From: Alphaproteobacteria bacterium
GTDB taxonomy: Bacteria > Pseudomonadota > Alphaproteobacteria > GCA-2731375
Assembly (NCBI GenBank): GCA_965225945.1
Contig: CBDDBZ010000006.1
Location: 1-33,223 of the forward strand
Length of the DNA stretch: 33,223 nt
Direction: 5' to 3'
Shown: positions 1 through 9,644 of the stretch, in pieces
Layout: every line of letters starts with the position of its first letter
How positions within the stretch are numbered: position 1 is the stretch's first letter
The notes under the pieces: model-generated
The model's database searches: none
What the model was told of the DNA's origin: nothing
Seen by the model: only the letters and a program-made list of their open reading frames with translations
Translations under genes and position numbers: made by a program

Positions 1-126
1 GACAAGGCGGGCTTCGATTATCGCGGCCTCGCCGGCCGGCGGATCCGCGTCCGGGGCTGGCTCAAGCGCTGGAACGGCCCGATGATCGAGGCGACGCACG
101 CCGGACAGATCGAGATCCTGGAATAG
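1..126 (+). CDS. 3' end of a gene, probably a thermonuclease (SNase-like) family protein C-terminus
   Basis: Frame 1 reads DKAGFDYRGLAGRRIRVRGWLKRWNGPMIEATHAGQIEILE* and stops at TAG 124-126. It resembles the C-terminal 'GRRIRVRGW...GP.I...HP.QIE' segment of alphaproteobacterial SNase-like proteins. Truncated by the window edge. Confidence 0.55.
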   Translation, partial: DKAGFDYRGLAGRRIRVRGWLKRWNGPMIEATHAGQIEILE

Positions 127-148
127 AGCATGATCGGATCATGCTCTA
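124..148. repeat. 25-bp palindrome TAGAGCATGATC-G-GATCATGCTCTA (collapsed form of palindromic element family B)
   Basis: Perfect 12-bp arms that match the ends of the 18602-18778 element. It overlaps the TAG stop of the upstream gene and lies between convergent genes. Confidence 0.85.
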
Positions 149-156
149 GCGCCTCG

Positions 157-2268
157 CTACGCCGTCTTCGGCACCACCAGCGCGTCGAGGGCGACGACGC
201 GATCGGGGCCGGCGAGCACGGGGTTGAGGTCGACGCTCTCCACCGTCTCGCGATTGTTCGCCGCGAAGACCGAAAGCCGCGCCAGCGCCTCGGCGAGCGC
301 CTCGGTATCGGCCGCCGCCTGACCGCGCGCGCCCTCCAGCAACGGGTAACCCTCGACCTCGCGGATCATGCGGCGCGCCTCGTCCAGCCCGAAGGGTGCC
401 ACCCGGAAGGTGACGTCGCGCAGGACCTCGACGAAGATCCCGCCGAGACCGAAGGCCACCACCGGCCCGAACACCGGATCGGTGCTGGTGCCGAGGATGC
501 ACTCGACGCCGCCCGCGACCATCGGCGCCACCATGACGCCGTCGATCCGCGCGCCGGGCGCCATCCGCGCCGCCGAGGCCAGAATGGCGTCGTGCGCCGC
601 GCCGACTTCCTCCGCGCCCGCCAGGGCGACGCGGACCCCGCCGACCTCGGACTTGTGCTGGATCTCGCCCGAGACGATCTTGAGCACGACTTGCCCACCG
701 AGCGCCGCCGCCGCCACCACGGCCGCCTCGCGCGAGGCCACCAGCCGGCTCTCGACCACCGGCAAGCCGGCGTCGCGCAGCAATGCCGCCGCGTCGACCT
801 CGTTCACTACCTCGCCCGGCGCGGCGCGGGCCGTCGCCGGCGGGGCTGGTGGCGCCTCGGCGGCGGGCCGCTCGAAGGCCTCGCGTAGGCGGGCCAGCAC
901 GCCGATCAGCGCCACCGCCCGGCTCGGATCCTCGATGTGGAGGACCCGGTGCGCCTCCAGCAGCGCCTTGTCGGCCGCCGTCACCATCACGGAGGCGACC
1001 AGCAGGGCTTCGGCGTGTTTGTCCAGGATCTCGATCAGGACCTCGCGAATCTGCGCCATCATCCGCTCGTTGAAGCCGATCGAGCTCAGGAACAGCAAGG
1101 TCGCGTCGACGTCGCCGGCCTCCAGCATCACCTCCAGGTTGCGCCTCAGCAGATCGACGTCGTTCAGCACTTGGGCGGTGGTGTCGACGGGATTGCGCAC
1201 CGCGGCGAAGGGCATCAAGGCCTTCAGTTCCCGCTGCGCTGCCTCGGGCAGCGCGGGCACTTCGAGTCCGGCGGCGGCCGCCGCGTCGCACGCCATGACG
1301 CCCGCGCCGCCCGACACCGTGACGATGCCGAGCCTGCGCCCCTTGGGAAAGCGCCCGGCCGAGCAAGCGGCCGAGACTTCCAGCAGCTCGGCCAGCGAGT
1401 GCACGCGATGGGCGCCGTACTGGCGATAGACGGCATCGAAAATCTTGTCCGCGCCGGCGAGCGAGGCGGTGTGCGAAGTGGCGGCGACGGCACCCGCCGC
1501 CGAGGCGCCGACCTTCATCACCACGACCGGCTTTTCCTTGCGCCGCGCCCTCTCCAGCGCCTCGACCAGGCGGTCGGGGTTCCGGCACCCCTCCATGTAG
1601 ATCGCCAGCACCCGGGTATCCGGGTCCTCGGCCGCGAACCCCATGCAGTCGGCGACGTCGACGTCGCACTCGTTGCCGGTGGTCATCCAGCCGCGCACGC
1701 CCAGTCCCCGCTCGCGCGCCAACACCAGGGTGTGCGAGCCGACGGCGCCCGACTGGCTCAGAATCGTGATGTTGCCGGGGCGCGGCCAGCCGTGGTCGAA
1801 CATGGAGGAAAATGTGCCGATGGCGCGGTCCTTGACGTTCAGCATGCCCATGCAGTTGGGGCCCACGAGGCGGATGCCGCTCTCCGCCGCGATCTCGGAA
1901 AGTCGGCGTTGCCAGGCCTCGCCCTCCTCGTCCGTTTCGGCGAATCCGGAGCTGAAGATCACCGCGCCCTTGACGCCCGCCTCGGCGCAGGCGGCGATTT
2001 GATCGACGACACCCTTGGCCGGGACCGAGATCACGGCCAGGTCCACCGGTCGGCCGATCTCGCGCACGTCGGCATAGGCCTCGAGGCCCTGGATCTCGCC
2101 GCCCTTCGGGTTGACCGGATAGATCGGCCCCTGGAAGCCCGCCTGCTTCATGTAGAAGATCGGCCGGCCGCCGAACTTGTAGATGCTGTCGGAGGCGCCG
2201 ACGATCGCGATGCTGGTCGGATCGAAGAGCGGCTTCAGGGATTCGTAGCTCGAACGGGACACCACCAT
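157..2268 (-). CDS. Acetate--CoA ligase family (NDP-forming acyl-CoA synthetase, fused CoA-binding/ligase/ATP-grasp domains)
   Basis: Motifs: SIAIVGAS, YPVNP, GPNCMG, SQSGAVG, SHTASLAG (phospho-His), HKSEVGGV, DPVFGPVVAFGLGG, DLNP, ALDAL. ATG at 2268 is preceded by a GAGGGAGG RBS. Confidence 0.92.
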   Translation of the reverse strand: MVVSRSSYESLKPLFDPTSIAIVGASDSIYKFGGRPIFYMKQAGFQGPIYPVNPKGGEIQGLEAYADVREIGRPVDLAVISVPAKGVVDQIAACAEAGVKGAVIFSSGFAETDEEGEAWQRRLSEIAAESGIRLVGPNCMGMLNVKDRAIGTFSSMFDHGWPRPGNITILSQSGAVGSHTLVLARERGLGVRGWMTTGNECDVDVADCMGFAAEDPDTRVLAIYMEGCRNPDRLVEALERARRKEKPVVVMKVGASAAGAVAATSHTASLAGADKIFDAVYRQYGAHRVHSLAELLEVSAACSAGRFPKGRRLGIVTVSGGAGVMACDAAAAAGLEVPALPEAAQRELKALMPFAAVRNPVDTTAQVLNDVDLLRRNLEVMLEAGDVDATLLFLSSIGFNERMMAQIREVLIEILDKHAEALLVASVMVTAADKALLEAHRVLHIEDPSRAVALIGVLARLREAFERPAAEAPPAPPATARAAPGEVVNEVDAAALLRDAGLPVVESRLVASREAAVVAAAALGGQVVLKIVSGEIQHKSEVGGVRVALAGAEEVGAAHDAILASAARMAPGARIDGVMVAPMVAGGVECILGTSTDPVFGPVVAFGLGGIFVEVLRDVTFRVAPFGLDEARRMIREVEGYPLLEGARGQAAADTEALAEALARLSVFAANNRETVESVDLNPVLAGPDRVVALDALVVPKTA

Positions 2269-2291
2269 CCTCCCTCGTCTCGTTGCCGCCG

Positions 2292-2561
2292 CTACGCCAT
2301 TTCGGCCCGCGCGCCCCGATCGAAGACGCGCGCGAGCAGCACCATCGGCGCCGCCACAATCACGGCCACGGCGTTCAGCACGCCGCGGATCGGCCACCGC
2401 GATCCGGCGTTGGTGGCCAGCGAGCCGAGGTCATGAAGGGCGGAGAATAGTCGAGCCACCGCACCCGCGAAAGCCCCGATGGGGCCGATGGTGGCGCGGC
2501 GGCCTTGGAGGCCCGAGGGGGTCGGAAGCGTGGTGCCGCGCGCGCCGAGCCCGCTCGCCAT
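2292..2561 (-). CDS. Possible small hypothetical membrane protein
   Basis: ORF of about 89 aa with a hydrophobic C-terminal segment (VLNAVAVIVAAPMVLLARVF), co-oriented just upstream of the ligase. No RBS or family recognised. Confidence 0.3.
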   Translation of the reverse strand: MASGLGARGTTLPTPSGLQGRRATIGPIGAFAGAVARLFSALHDLGSLATNAGSRWPIRGVLNAVAVIVAAPMVLLARVFDRGARAEMA

Positions 2562-2799
2562 GGCGGCTGGAATCAGCGGCAATTCGGGGAATCACGACCC
2601 GCACAACCCCTAAACGCTCGTCAACCCGAGTCGGGGCCCTGGGGCCGCAAGGCCCCACCATTGGCCAAATGGGATGCTATCGGCTAGATTGGACCCGATC
2701 TGTTTTTGCCAATGCGTCCCAACTCGCCGAGGGAGGTACGCGCCACGTTGCCTGGCAGCGTTCGCGGCGCTGGGTCGTCGTCGCCATGAGCGGTCGCTG

Positions 2800-3069
2800 C
2801 TAGTGGATGAAATCCAACATATGGTACCCCTACGACGGTTTCCCGAGCTCGTCCGGAAAGGCGCCTGGTGCGCCGTGATGCTGGCGCATCACAAGCGCCG
2901 GGCAACGCGTCCGGCGGGCTCGGGAAGCCGCCCTTCGGGTCCCATATCCTGGCTTCTCGGGGCGTCGGGCACCCTTGACGATGTGCCAGCATCGCCGGCG
3001 GGCGCCCTCCTGCCGAGAAACCAGGATATGGGATCGTAGGGGTACCATATGTTGGATTTCATCCACTAG
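2800..3069. mobile_element. 270-bp non-autonomous palindromic element (MITE-like, family A)
   Basis: Perfect 36-bp terminal inverted repeats CTAGTGGATGAAATCCAACATATGGTACCCCTACGA (2800-2835 and 3034-3069) with CTAG at both ends. Two internal hairpins (~2836-2930 and ~2940-3033). No transposase. Confidence 0.88.
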
Positions 3070-3082
3070 GGGGGTATGGCGT

Positions 3083-3895
3083 ATGAAGGCGGTTATGTTG
3101 GCGGCCGGAATCGGTGCCCGGCTCGGACTTTCGGCCACGGAACATCCACCGAAGGTCTTGCTGCGCTTCGGCGGCAAATCGTTGCTGCAATTCCATATCG
3201 AAATCCTCCGGCGACACGGCATCGACGAGTTGGTACTCGGCGTCGGCTATCGCCACCTCGAGATCGAGCGGGAGATCGCTGCCCTGGGCGCTCAGGATTA
3301 CGTGCGAACCGTGTTCAACGAGGATTATGGCGAGGGCAACATCGTCACCTTGTGGGCCCTGCGCGACGAATTGTGTTGCGCTGGCCCGGTCCTCCTGATG
3401 GACGCCGACGTTCTCTATGACGAAGGGCTGGTGGAGCGTCTCGTCACCTCACGCCACCAGAACTGCCTGCTCCTCGATCGCGCCTTCGAGCCGGGCGATG
3501 AGCCTGTCAAGGTATGTGTCCGCGCTGGCGAGATCGTCGAATTTCGCAAATGGCTGAGCGCCACGTTCGATTTTTGCGGTGAATCGGTGGGCTTGTTCAA
3601 GCTGTCGGGCGAGGTGGCCGAGAAGATCATCGCTCAGAGCGAGCTCTATCTACGTCAAGGCCGCCGCAACGAGCCTTACGAGGAGGTGATCCGCGATGTT
3701 CTGTTGACCTCGCCACCCGGCACCTTCGCTTTCGAGGACATCACCGGCATGGCTTGGATCGAGATCGATTTCGCCGCCGACATCGAGCGCGCCAATGCCG
3801 AGGTCCTGCCGCGCATTCTGAAAGCGGAGGGCGAGCGCCGCGCCGCGATGGTGATCGAGGGCGAGATGAACCGAGGCGTGGCACAAGGGCGATGA
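3083..3895 (+). CDS. Phosphocholine cytidylyltransferase-like NTP transferase (LicC family)
   Basis: MKAVMLAAGIGARLG..PPKVLLRFGGKSLL nucleotide-binding motif, MDADVLY, WIEIDFAADIERA. AGGGGG RBS before ATG 3083. Its stop overlaps the next start (ATGA). Confidence 0.85.
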   Translation: MKAVMLAAGIGARLGLSATEHPPKVLLRFGGKSLLQFHIEILRRHGIDELVLGVGYRHLEIEREIAALGAQDYVRTVFNEDYGEGNIVTLWALRDELCCAGPVLLMDADVLYDEGLVERLVTSRHQNCLLLDRAFEPGDEPVKVCVRAGEIVEFRKWLSATFDFCGESVGLFKLSGEVAEKIIAQSELYLRQGRRNEPYEEVIRDVLLTSPPGTFAFEDITGMAWIEIDFAADIERANAEVLPRILKAEGERRAAMVIEGEMNRGVAQGR

Positions 3896-5199
3896 CCGGG
3901 ATCGATGCTTCACCGACCACCCAGGTGATCGCCGCGCTGATCGCCGCCGCGCTTTATGCGGCGACCTATCTATCCTTCGTCCGCCTCTTGCGATTTCCCC
4001 GGAACTGGCATACGCCCAGTGTGCTGGAAGCCCTGGTGACGGGGCTTCTGGCTGCCCTCATGGTGGCGCAGGTGTCGCTGTCGTCCCATGGCCTCGACCG
4101 CCCCGCCCTGGCCGTCTCGGCCGGTTTCCTCGTCGTCTTGCTTTACATCGTCGCGGCCCCCGCGCTCGCCTTCCGACCGGGCTCGCGGCCGGTCGAATTC
4201 TTGGCCAAGCACGGCGACTATGCCGGGCTGTGGTTGCTCGGCCCCGCCCTCGTTGCCGCCTTGGCCATCCCGAACAGCAAGCTCCAGGCGGTCCTGGCGA
4301 CCGCCATGGCGATCGAGGCGACGTGGTTCCTTCGCCTGCGGTGGGCTGGCCGGCGGCGTCGGCTCCAGCGCTTGAACGAGCACGACCTGTCGGTCCTGAA
4401 GACCCAGGCGAAGGGCGATCTCGAGGCTTTCCGACGGTGCCACGCCATCCGCGAACTGGTGCTCTCGGAGGGCGCCGTCGGCTGGAGAGGTTGTGGCAAA
4501 ACGACGCCGCCCTGCCCGTTCAATCTCTACGTCAACCGTCTCGGCCTCAACACCGCGCCGTGCTGCCGCGAGCATATGAAGGAAGTGAGCCATTACGTCG
4601 CCGCCTGCCTGACCGATATGGGGGTCGTGCACTGGCTGGAGGGGGGCAGTCTGCTCGGGGCCGTGCGGGAGGGGGGGACGCTGCTCGATTGGGAGGACGA
4701 CATCGACATGTCGGTTCTGCTCGACGGCGAGGTGACCTGGGAGCGCTTGGCGGCCGGGCTCGCCGAACGCGGCGCGCGGGATGGTTACGTCGTCGACCTT
4801 TTCGAGAAACAAGGCTTCGTCTCGATCTCCTTCGATCCACCGCAGCGATGGCCCTTCCGGTGGGAGCGCAATCGCCTGCGCGGCGAAATTCGGGTCGACC
4901 TCGCGATTTACCGCCGCGCGATCAGCCACGGTCGAGCCGTGCTCGAAAGGCGGAGCTACAAGGGCGCCATGCCGCGCACCGAGAGCGGTGGTTATGGCCT
5001 GGCGCGGGAGATCGTCCTGCCAACCTCGACGGTCCCTTTCCTCGGCCGCGATTTTGCCTGCCCGAACCAAACCGAGGCGTATTTGGCCGTGTTGTACGGC
5101 GACTTCAAGAAGATCAAGTATACCTATGTCGATAAGGGGCCAGCGAAAGCGCGCGCCCGCATCGATACCGTCGGGAATCCGTCGGTACCGATCCGGTGA
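3892..5199 (+). CDS. LicD/fukutin-family phosphotransferase with N-terminal multi-TM domain and FKRP-like Cys4 motif
   Basis: WLEGGSLLGAVR...DWEDDID LicD/FKRP signature; GC-x6-C...PCC cysteine cluster; C-terminal F.G..F.CPNQTEAYLAVLYG; about five hydrophobic segments in the first ~145 aa. Confidence 0.85.
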   Translation: MTGIDASPTTQVIAALIAAALYAATYLSFVRLLRFPRNWHTPSVLEALVTGLLAALMVAQVSLSSHGLDRPALAVSAGFLVVLLYIVAAPALAFRPGSRPVEFLAKHGDYAGLWLLGPALVAALAIPNSKLQAVLATAMAIEATWFLRLRWAGRRRRLQRLNEHDLSVLKTQAKGDLEAFRRCHAIRELVLSEGAVGWRGCGKTTPPCPFNLYVNRLGLNTAPCCREHMKEVSHYVAACLTDMGVVHWLEGGSLLGAVREGGTLLDWEDDIDMSVLLDGEVTWERLAAGLAERGARDGYVVDLFEKQGFVSISFDPPQRWPFRWERNRLRGEIRVDLAIYRRAISHGRAVLERRSYKGAMPRTESGGYGLAREIVLPTSTVPFLGRDFACPNQTEAYLAVLYGDFKKIKYTYVDKGPAKARARIDTVGNPSVPIR

Positions 5200-5498
5200 G
5201 GGCTGGTTTGAGATTTTTGCCGTGAGTTCGGAATTCGGCGATCCTCGACGTGGACGCCTCGATGCTGTCCACGAAGCCGACTCGGGGCAGGATCGCCGAT
5301 ACTGCCCGAAGGAAATCCGGACGCGAGGGAAGGCGGAGGCCCGCGCCGCCCTCGAGACCTGCCTTTATATTAGATGATCGTAACTGGAGTTTCGCGACCC
5401 CTTCGAGACGTTGAGTGGCTGCACCAAGGGCCCGCGCGAGCCTGCCCATGCCACCCGCGCGGAGGCATTCCGCCGCGTGCGCATTTCCGCCGAGCTTG

Positions 5499-5533
5499 AA
5501 AAAGAAAGCCCCAGAAACCAAAGTTTCCGGGGC
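5499..5533 (-). terminator. Rho-independent terminator of the putative sRNA
   Basis: Minus strand GCCCCGGAAAC-TTTG-GTTTCTGGGGC followed by TTTCTTTTT. Confidence 0.8.
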
Positions 5534-5612
5534 AAGTCTAACAGGGAGGCTAAACGTCTCGATGACGTTTTCGACCGGGTCGAGCAACTTGGGGGGCGTG
5601 CATCGACCCGAT
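5499..5612 (-). ncRNA. Probable trans-acting sRNA, suhB/MmgR (alpha-r8)-like
   Basis: On the minus strand: stem-loop 5576-5610 with a C-rich loop, stem-loop 5552-5570, unpaired anti-SD CCUCCCUGUUAGACUU, then terminator hairpin 5508-5533 and a U-tract. The 5' end is uncertain. Confidence 0.55.
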
Positions 5613-5654
5613 CCGAGCGGACCCGGCTGGCGCCAGGCGCCGCAAAAAACGGAA

Positions 5655-5669
5655 TATTGCAGTGCAACA
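5655..5669 (-). promoter_or_regulatory. Possible PhaR/AniA-type operator (TGTTGCACTGCAATA)
   Basis: Palindromic TTGCA-C-TGCAA fits the TGC-N3-GCA motif described for alphaproteobacterial PhaR/AniA. It lies upstream of the sRNA-like structure. Confidence 0.45.
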
Positions 5670-5728
5670 CCCGTTCACCCCCTATTTATGCCGCCGCGGG
5701 CTTCGGAACCACCCACGAAAAGGCAAGG

Positions 5729-5753
5729 GAGCCATGCGTCAGACGCATGGCTC
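5729..5753 (-). terminator. Hairpin downstream of the LysR gene, likely terminator
   Basis: GAGCCATGCGTC-A-GACGCATGGCTC inverted repeat just past the stop; the minus strand continues CCTTGCCTTTT. Confidence 0.5.
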
Positions 5754-5759
5754 ACGTCA

Positions 5760-6650
5760 TCAAAACCGCCAATTTCGCCCTTCCGCGACAATAAATTCTC
5801 GAAATACGGCGATACGCTTCATGTTGCGCAATTCCTCCGGGTAACAGAAGAAGGCGTCGAAGCTCGGGCCCTGAATTTCGGGGAGGACGCGGACGATCCT
5901 CTCGTCGCCATGCACCATGTAGTCGGGCAGCGCGGCGATGCCGAGGCCCGACTCGGTGGCCAGCAACAGCCCGTAGATGTTGTTGACCTGCAACTTGGGC
6001 TTGCGCCGGTCCTGTCCGTTCAGATCCATGAACAGCGGCCAATTGACGTTTTTGAGCGTCGGCGGCGCCAGATCGCCATAGACGATCAGATCGTGCCTGT
6101 CGATCTCGGAAAATTGCTCGGGCGTGCCGCGCTGGGCGAGATAGTCGGGCGAGGCATAGAGGTGCGTGTGCACCGTGAAGAGGCGGAGTTTGATCAAGTC
6201 CGGCTGCGTCGGCATGCTCATGCGGATGGCGACGTCCGCTTCCCGCATGCCGAGGTCGAGCTCCCGGTCCTTGCAGATGATCGAGAGCTCGATTCCGGGA
6301 AACTTTTCGATGAAGCGGGCGATTCGCGGCGTCAGCCAGGTCGAGCCGAAGCCGACCGTGGTGGTCACGCGCAACGCGCCGCTCGGCCTGGCCTTGGTGT
6401 CGCTCAGGACGGTCTCGACGGTGGCGAGCTGGCCGAACACGTCGTGCACCGTCCTGAACAGGAGGTCGCCCTGCTCCGTCAGCAGCAGGCCGCGGGCATG
6501 GCGGTGGAAGAGCTGCGTCTTCAGATCCTCCTCCAGCCCGTGGATCTGCCGGCTGACCGCCGACTGGCTCAAATGAAGCTCGTCGCCGGCATGCGTGAAG
6601 CTCCCGGCCTGTGCGACCGCGTGGAAGGTTCTGAGCTTGTCCCAATCCAT
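5760..6650 (-). CDS. LysR-family regulator, LsrB/VtlR-like
   Basis: MDWDKLRTFHAVAQAGSFTHAGDELHLSQSAVSRQI HTH and the C-terminus YPEELRNMKRIAVFREF. Position directly downstream of trxB is as known for lsrB/vtlR. Confidence 0.9.
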   Translation of the reverse strand: MDWDKLRTFHAVAQAGSFTHAGDELHLSQSAVSRQIHGLEEDLKTQLFHRHARGLLLTEQGDLLFRTVHDVFGQLATVETVLSDTKARPSGALRVTTTVGFGSTWLTPRIARFIEKFPGIELSIICKDRELDLGMREADVAIRMSMPTQPDLIKLRLFTVHTHLYASPDYLAQRGTPEQFSEIDRHDLIVYGDLAPPTLKNVNWPLFMDLNGQDRRKPKLQVNNIYGLLLATESGLGIAALPDYMVHGDERIVRVLPEIQGPSFDAFFCYPEELRNMKRIAVFREFIVAEGRNWRF

Positions 6651-6715
6651 GATGTCACCATCCCCGCGGGCCCGGCGGCGCCGTCGCGTCGCCGCTCGCC
6701 CATTCCGTTTCCATT

Positions 6716-6730
6716 TAGAGCATGATCCGA
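6716..6730 (+). repeat. Solo end of palindromic element family B (TAGAGCATGATCCGA)
   Basis: 15/15 match to the reverse complement of the right end of the 18602-18778 element plus its flanking base. Confidence 0.6.
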
Positions 6731-6745
6731 GCGGCGCGCTCGTGG

Positions 6746-7711
6746 TTACTCCGCGGCCTCGGCCTCGACCGCCTGCTCGGCCAAAAAGCGCTCAGCCTCC
6801 AGCGCCGCCATGCAGCCGGTGCCGGCGGCGGTGACCGCTTGGCGGTAAATGTGGTCTTGAACGTCGCCGGCGGCGAAGACGCCGGGAATGGCCGTCGCCG
6901 TCGAATCGGCCGCCGTCGCCAGATAGCCTTCGCCGTCCATCTCCAACTGGCCCCGGAACAGCCCGGTCTCGGGACGGTGGCCGATGGCGATGAAGACGCC
7001 ATCTACGCTGAGCTCGCGACGCTCCCCCGTCTTGACGCCTTGCAGCCGCACGCCCGTCACCGCGGCCGGCGCGCCCTCGCCCAGCACCTCGTCCAGCACG
7101 TGATCCCAGAGGATCTCAACCTTCTCGTTCACAAACAGGCGCTTTTGCAGGATGTCCTCGGCCCTGAGCCGGTCGCGGCGGTGGACGAGCGTCACCTTGG
7201 AGGCGAAGTTGGTGAGATAGAGCGCCTCCTCGGCCGCGGTGTTGCCGCCGCCGATCACGGCGACGGGTTTGTCGCGATAGAAGAAGCCGTCGCAGGTGGC
7301 GCAGGCCGAAACGCCGAAGCCCTGCAGCCTCTGCTCCGATTCCAGGCCCAGCCACTTGGCCTGAGCGCCGGTGGAGATGATCAGCGCTTCGCCCGTATAG
7401 CCCTCGCCGGTGTCGCCGAGGCAGCGGAAGGGACGCTTCGAGAGATCGACCTCGACGATGATATCTTGATGGAATCGGGTGCCGACGTTCTCGGCCTGCC
7501 GCTCCATCTGTTCCATCAACCACGGGCCCTGCACCACGTCGGCGAAGCCGGGATAGTTCTCGACGTCGGTGGTGATGGTCATCTGCCCGCCCGGCTGCAG
7601 GCCGTGCACCAGCATCGGCTCCAGGCCGGCGCGCGCGGCGTAGATCGCCGCCGTCAACCCGGCCGGTCCGGAGCCCAGGATCAATACGCGGGAATGATGA
7701 TGCTGGGCCAT
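6746..7711 (-). CDS. trxB: Thioredoxin-disulfide reductase
   Basis: ILGSGPAGLTAAIYAARA, VENYPGF, GVSACATCDGFF (CxxC), GGGNTA, GVFAAGDV, RQAVTAAGTGCMAAL. GGGGAGG RBS before ATG 7711. Confidence 0.97.
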   Translation of the reverse strand: MAQHHHSRVLILGSGPAGLTAAIYAARAGLEPMLVHGLQPGGQMTITTDVENYPGFADVVQGPWLMEQMERQAENVGTRFHQDIIVEVDLSKRPFRCLGDTGEGYTGEALIISTGAQAKWLGLESEQRLQGFGVSACATCDGFFYRDKPVAVIGGGNTAAEEALYLTNFASKVTLVHRRDRLRAEDILQKRLFVNEKVEILWDHVLDEVLGEGAPAAVTGVRLQGVKTGERRELSVDGVFIAIGHRPETGLFRGQLEMDGEGYLATAADSTATAIPGVFAAGDVQDHIYRQAVTAAGTGCMAALEAERFLAEQAVEAEAAE

Positions 7712-7831
7712 GCTGCCTCCCCTGGTCGATCGCGAAGGAAAAAACGATTGCGCCGCCGACCTGCCGTCTGGCGTGGTGGCATCCCCGTTATTTAGAATTG
7801 CCACGCCGGCGCCGCAAGGGGATGTTGTCCG

Positions 7832-7852
7832 CTAGTGGATTTCATCCACTAG
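7832..7852. repeat. 21-bp palindrome CTAGTGGAT-TTC-ATCCACTAG (collapsed family A)
   Basis: Equals the fused outer ends of the 2800-3069 element. Lies in the divergent trxB/dehydratase intergenic region. Confidence 0.85.
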
Positions 7853-7884
7853 TCACCCGCGAGCGGGCCGAGGGAGGAAACGAG

Positions 7885-9609
<1,725 letters not shown>

Positions 9610-9644
9610 GACATGACGCGATCGGCTGGCCGCCGGGAGGCAGG

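Noticed and set aside
146-2436. Long alternative-frame and antisense ORFs (146-2359 -, 937-2436 +, 368-1429 +)
   Set aside because: Arg/Gly/Ala-rich shadow ORFs overlapping a clear acyl-CoA synthetase, as expected at high GC.
2640-2657. TGGGGCC-GCAA-GGCCCCA GNRA hairpin
   Set aside because: Single short hairpin with no U-tract or second copy; not enough to call a terminator, REP or RNA gene.
2975-3082. N-terminal extension of the NTP transferase in the ORF track
   Set aside because: It lies mostly inside the MITE; the family motif and RBS point to ATG 3083.
2674-3222. ORFs 2674-3039 (+) and 2830-3222 (-) sharing the peptide LVDEIQHMVPLR
   Set aside because: The shared peptide is just the translation of the two inverted repeats, not a protein family.
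5114-5794. Short ORFs between the LicD-like gene and lysR
   Set aside because: No RBS or family features; the region is better explained by the sRNA-like structure and terminators.
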